This document shows, piece after piece, positions 32,977-33,666 of a stretch of DNA of 33,666 bases. Under the pieces are notes generated by a model that saw nothing but the letters and a program-made list of their open reading frames with translations, was not told where the DNA came from and made no database searches. The position numbers and the translations under genes were made by a program. How positions within the stretch are numbered: position 1 is the stretch's first letter; the number at the start of each line of letters is the position of its first letter. This stretch comes from a virus. The stretch lies in UHGV virus genome UHGV-0338553, one strand, 5' to 3'.

Positions 32977-33666
32977 ATGGGACTTTTGGAAAAGATATTC
33001 GGCAAGAAGGCCGACGAAGCGCCGCCGAAGGCAAGCGGCTACTTCTCCACGCTTTCAAGCTACGCGCCGGTCTTCACGACCTACGACGGCGGCGTGTTCG
33101 AAATGGCGCTCACGCGCGCGGCGGTGAACGCCATCGCCACGCAGTGCAGCAAGCTTGAACCGTTCGTCACCGGCGCGGCCAACCGTCAGATCGAATCTGC
33201 CTTGCGCCAGAAGCCGAACCCGTACATGGACAAGACGAAGTTCCTGTACCGGACGTGCGCCATCCTCGAAGCGAAAACGACCTGCTTCGTCTTCCCCATG
33301 CGCGATGCCTACGGAAGGATAAACGGCTTCTATCCCGCGCTTCCCTCGACGGCGGCGGCGTACTCGGTGCAGGGCGAACTTTGGTACGAGATCAGGTTCC
33401 CCAACGGCCAGAGCGTCTTAGAGCCTGCGACGAACGTCGGGGTGCTGACGAAGTTCCAGCTTGAAAACGATCTGTTCGGCGACGGCAACCGCGCAATCGA
33501 GCCGACCATGCAGCTTATCGACGCGCAGAACCAGGCGATCAACAGCGCAATCGAGAACAGCGCGAGCATCGATTGGCTGGTGAAGGTGGCCGGTCAGAGC
33601 CGACCGGAAGACATCGCCGCGAAGCGTGACGAGTTTGCAGCTGGCAACTTGAGCAAGTCGAACACC
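32977..33666 (+). CDS. Phage portal protein, N-terminal part (open to window end; continues at 1..540)
   Basis: ATG at 32977. The frame stays open for 230 codons to the last base. It is not in the ORF track because it has no stop. The sequence YFSTLSSYAPVFTTYDGGVFEMALTRAAVNAIA…FLYRTCAILEAKTTCFVFPMRD… is portal-like. Confidence 0.7.
   Translation, partial: MGLLEKIFGKKADEAPPKASGYFSTLSSYAPVFTTYDGGVFEMALTRAAVNAIATQCSKLEPFVTGAANRQIESALRQKPNPYMDKTKFLYRTCAILEAKTTCFVFPMRDAYGRINGFYPALPSTAAAYSVQGELWYEIRFPNGQSVLEPATNVGVLTKFQLENDLFGDGNRAIEPTMQLIDAQNQAINSAIENSASIDWLVKVAGQSRPEDIAAKRDEFAAGNLSKSNT

Noticed and set aside
1-33666. CRISPR arrays, tRNA or rRNA genes
   Set aside because: No regularly spaced direct repeats and no tRNA-like cloverleaf candidates were seen on inspection. 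This was not checked with a covariance-model search.

Overview
The window reads as a near-complete temperate siphovirus-like phage genome from a high-GC Gram-positive host. An actinobacterial or Coriobacteriia-like host is only an inference from GC content and GGAGG-type ribosome-binding sites. The portal gene is split across the two window ends. Its N-terminus sits at 32977..33666 and continues in the same frame into positions 1..540, so the 33.7-kb sequence is most simply a rotated circular genome or a terminally redundant contig. Gene order is HK97-like: HNH endonuclease, small and large terminase, portal, prohead protease, major capsid, head-tail joining proteins, major tail protein, chaperone, tape measure, distal tail protein, tail-associated lysin, fibre proteins. 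After the fibres come a diversity-generating retroelement (DGR), a lysis cassette, a large serine integrase on the minus strand, a divergent repressor/Cro switch, and an early operon that holds a second (tyrosine) recombinase, a replisome organiser and many small zinc-ribbon proteins. The most striking element is the complete DGR. It has a 299-aa target protein whose C-terminal 130-bp variable repeat (VR, 12608..12737) matches a template repeat (TR, 13326..13455) except at 12 positions, and all 12 are adenines in TR. An Avd-like accessory gene lies between VR and TR. A reverse transcriptase gene (13560..14846) lies downstream. GC-rich hairpins follow the VR. Other points worth checking are a 28-nt motif that is duplicated, with one mismatch, next to a 14-bp-stem hairpin after the RT gene and again just upstream of the portal gene. 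A likely +1 frameshift site sits in the tail-assembly chaperone. There is a candidate attP palindrome upstream of the serine integrase gene. A strong intrinsic terminator lies inside the integrase 3' coding region. The lysis cassette is two-enzyme (C39-like lipoprotein peptidase plus GH25-CW_7-LysM). No tRNA, rRNA or CRISPR array was seen. Every family assignment comes from motif recognition by eye and needs an HMM or BLAST search to confirm.
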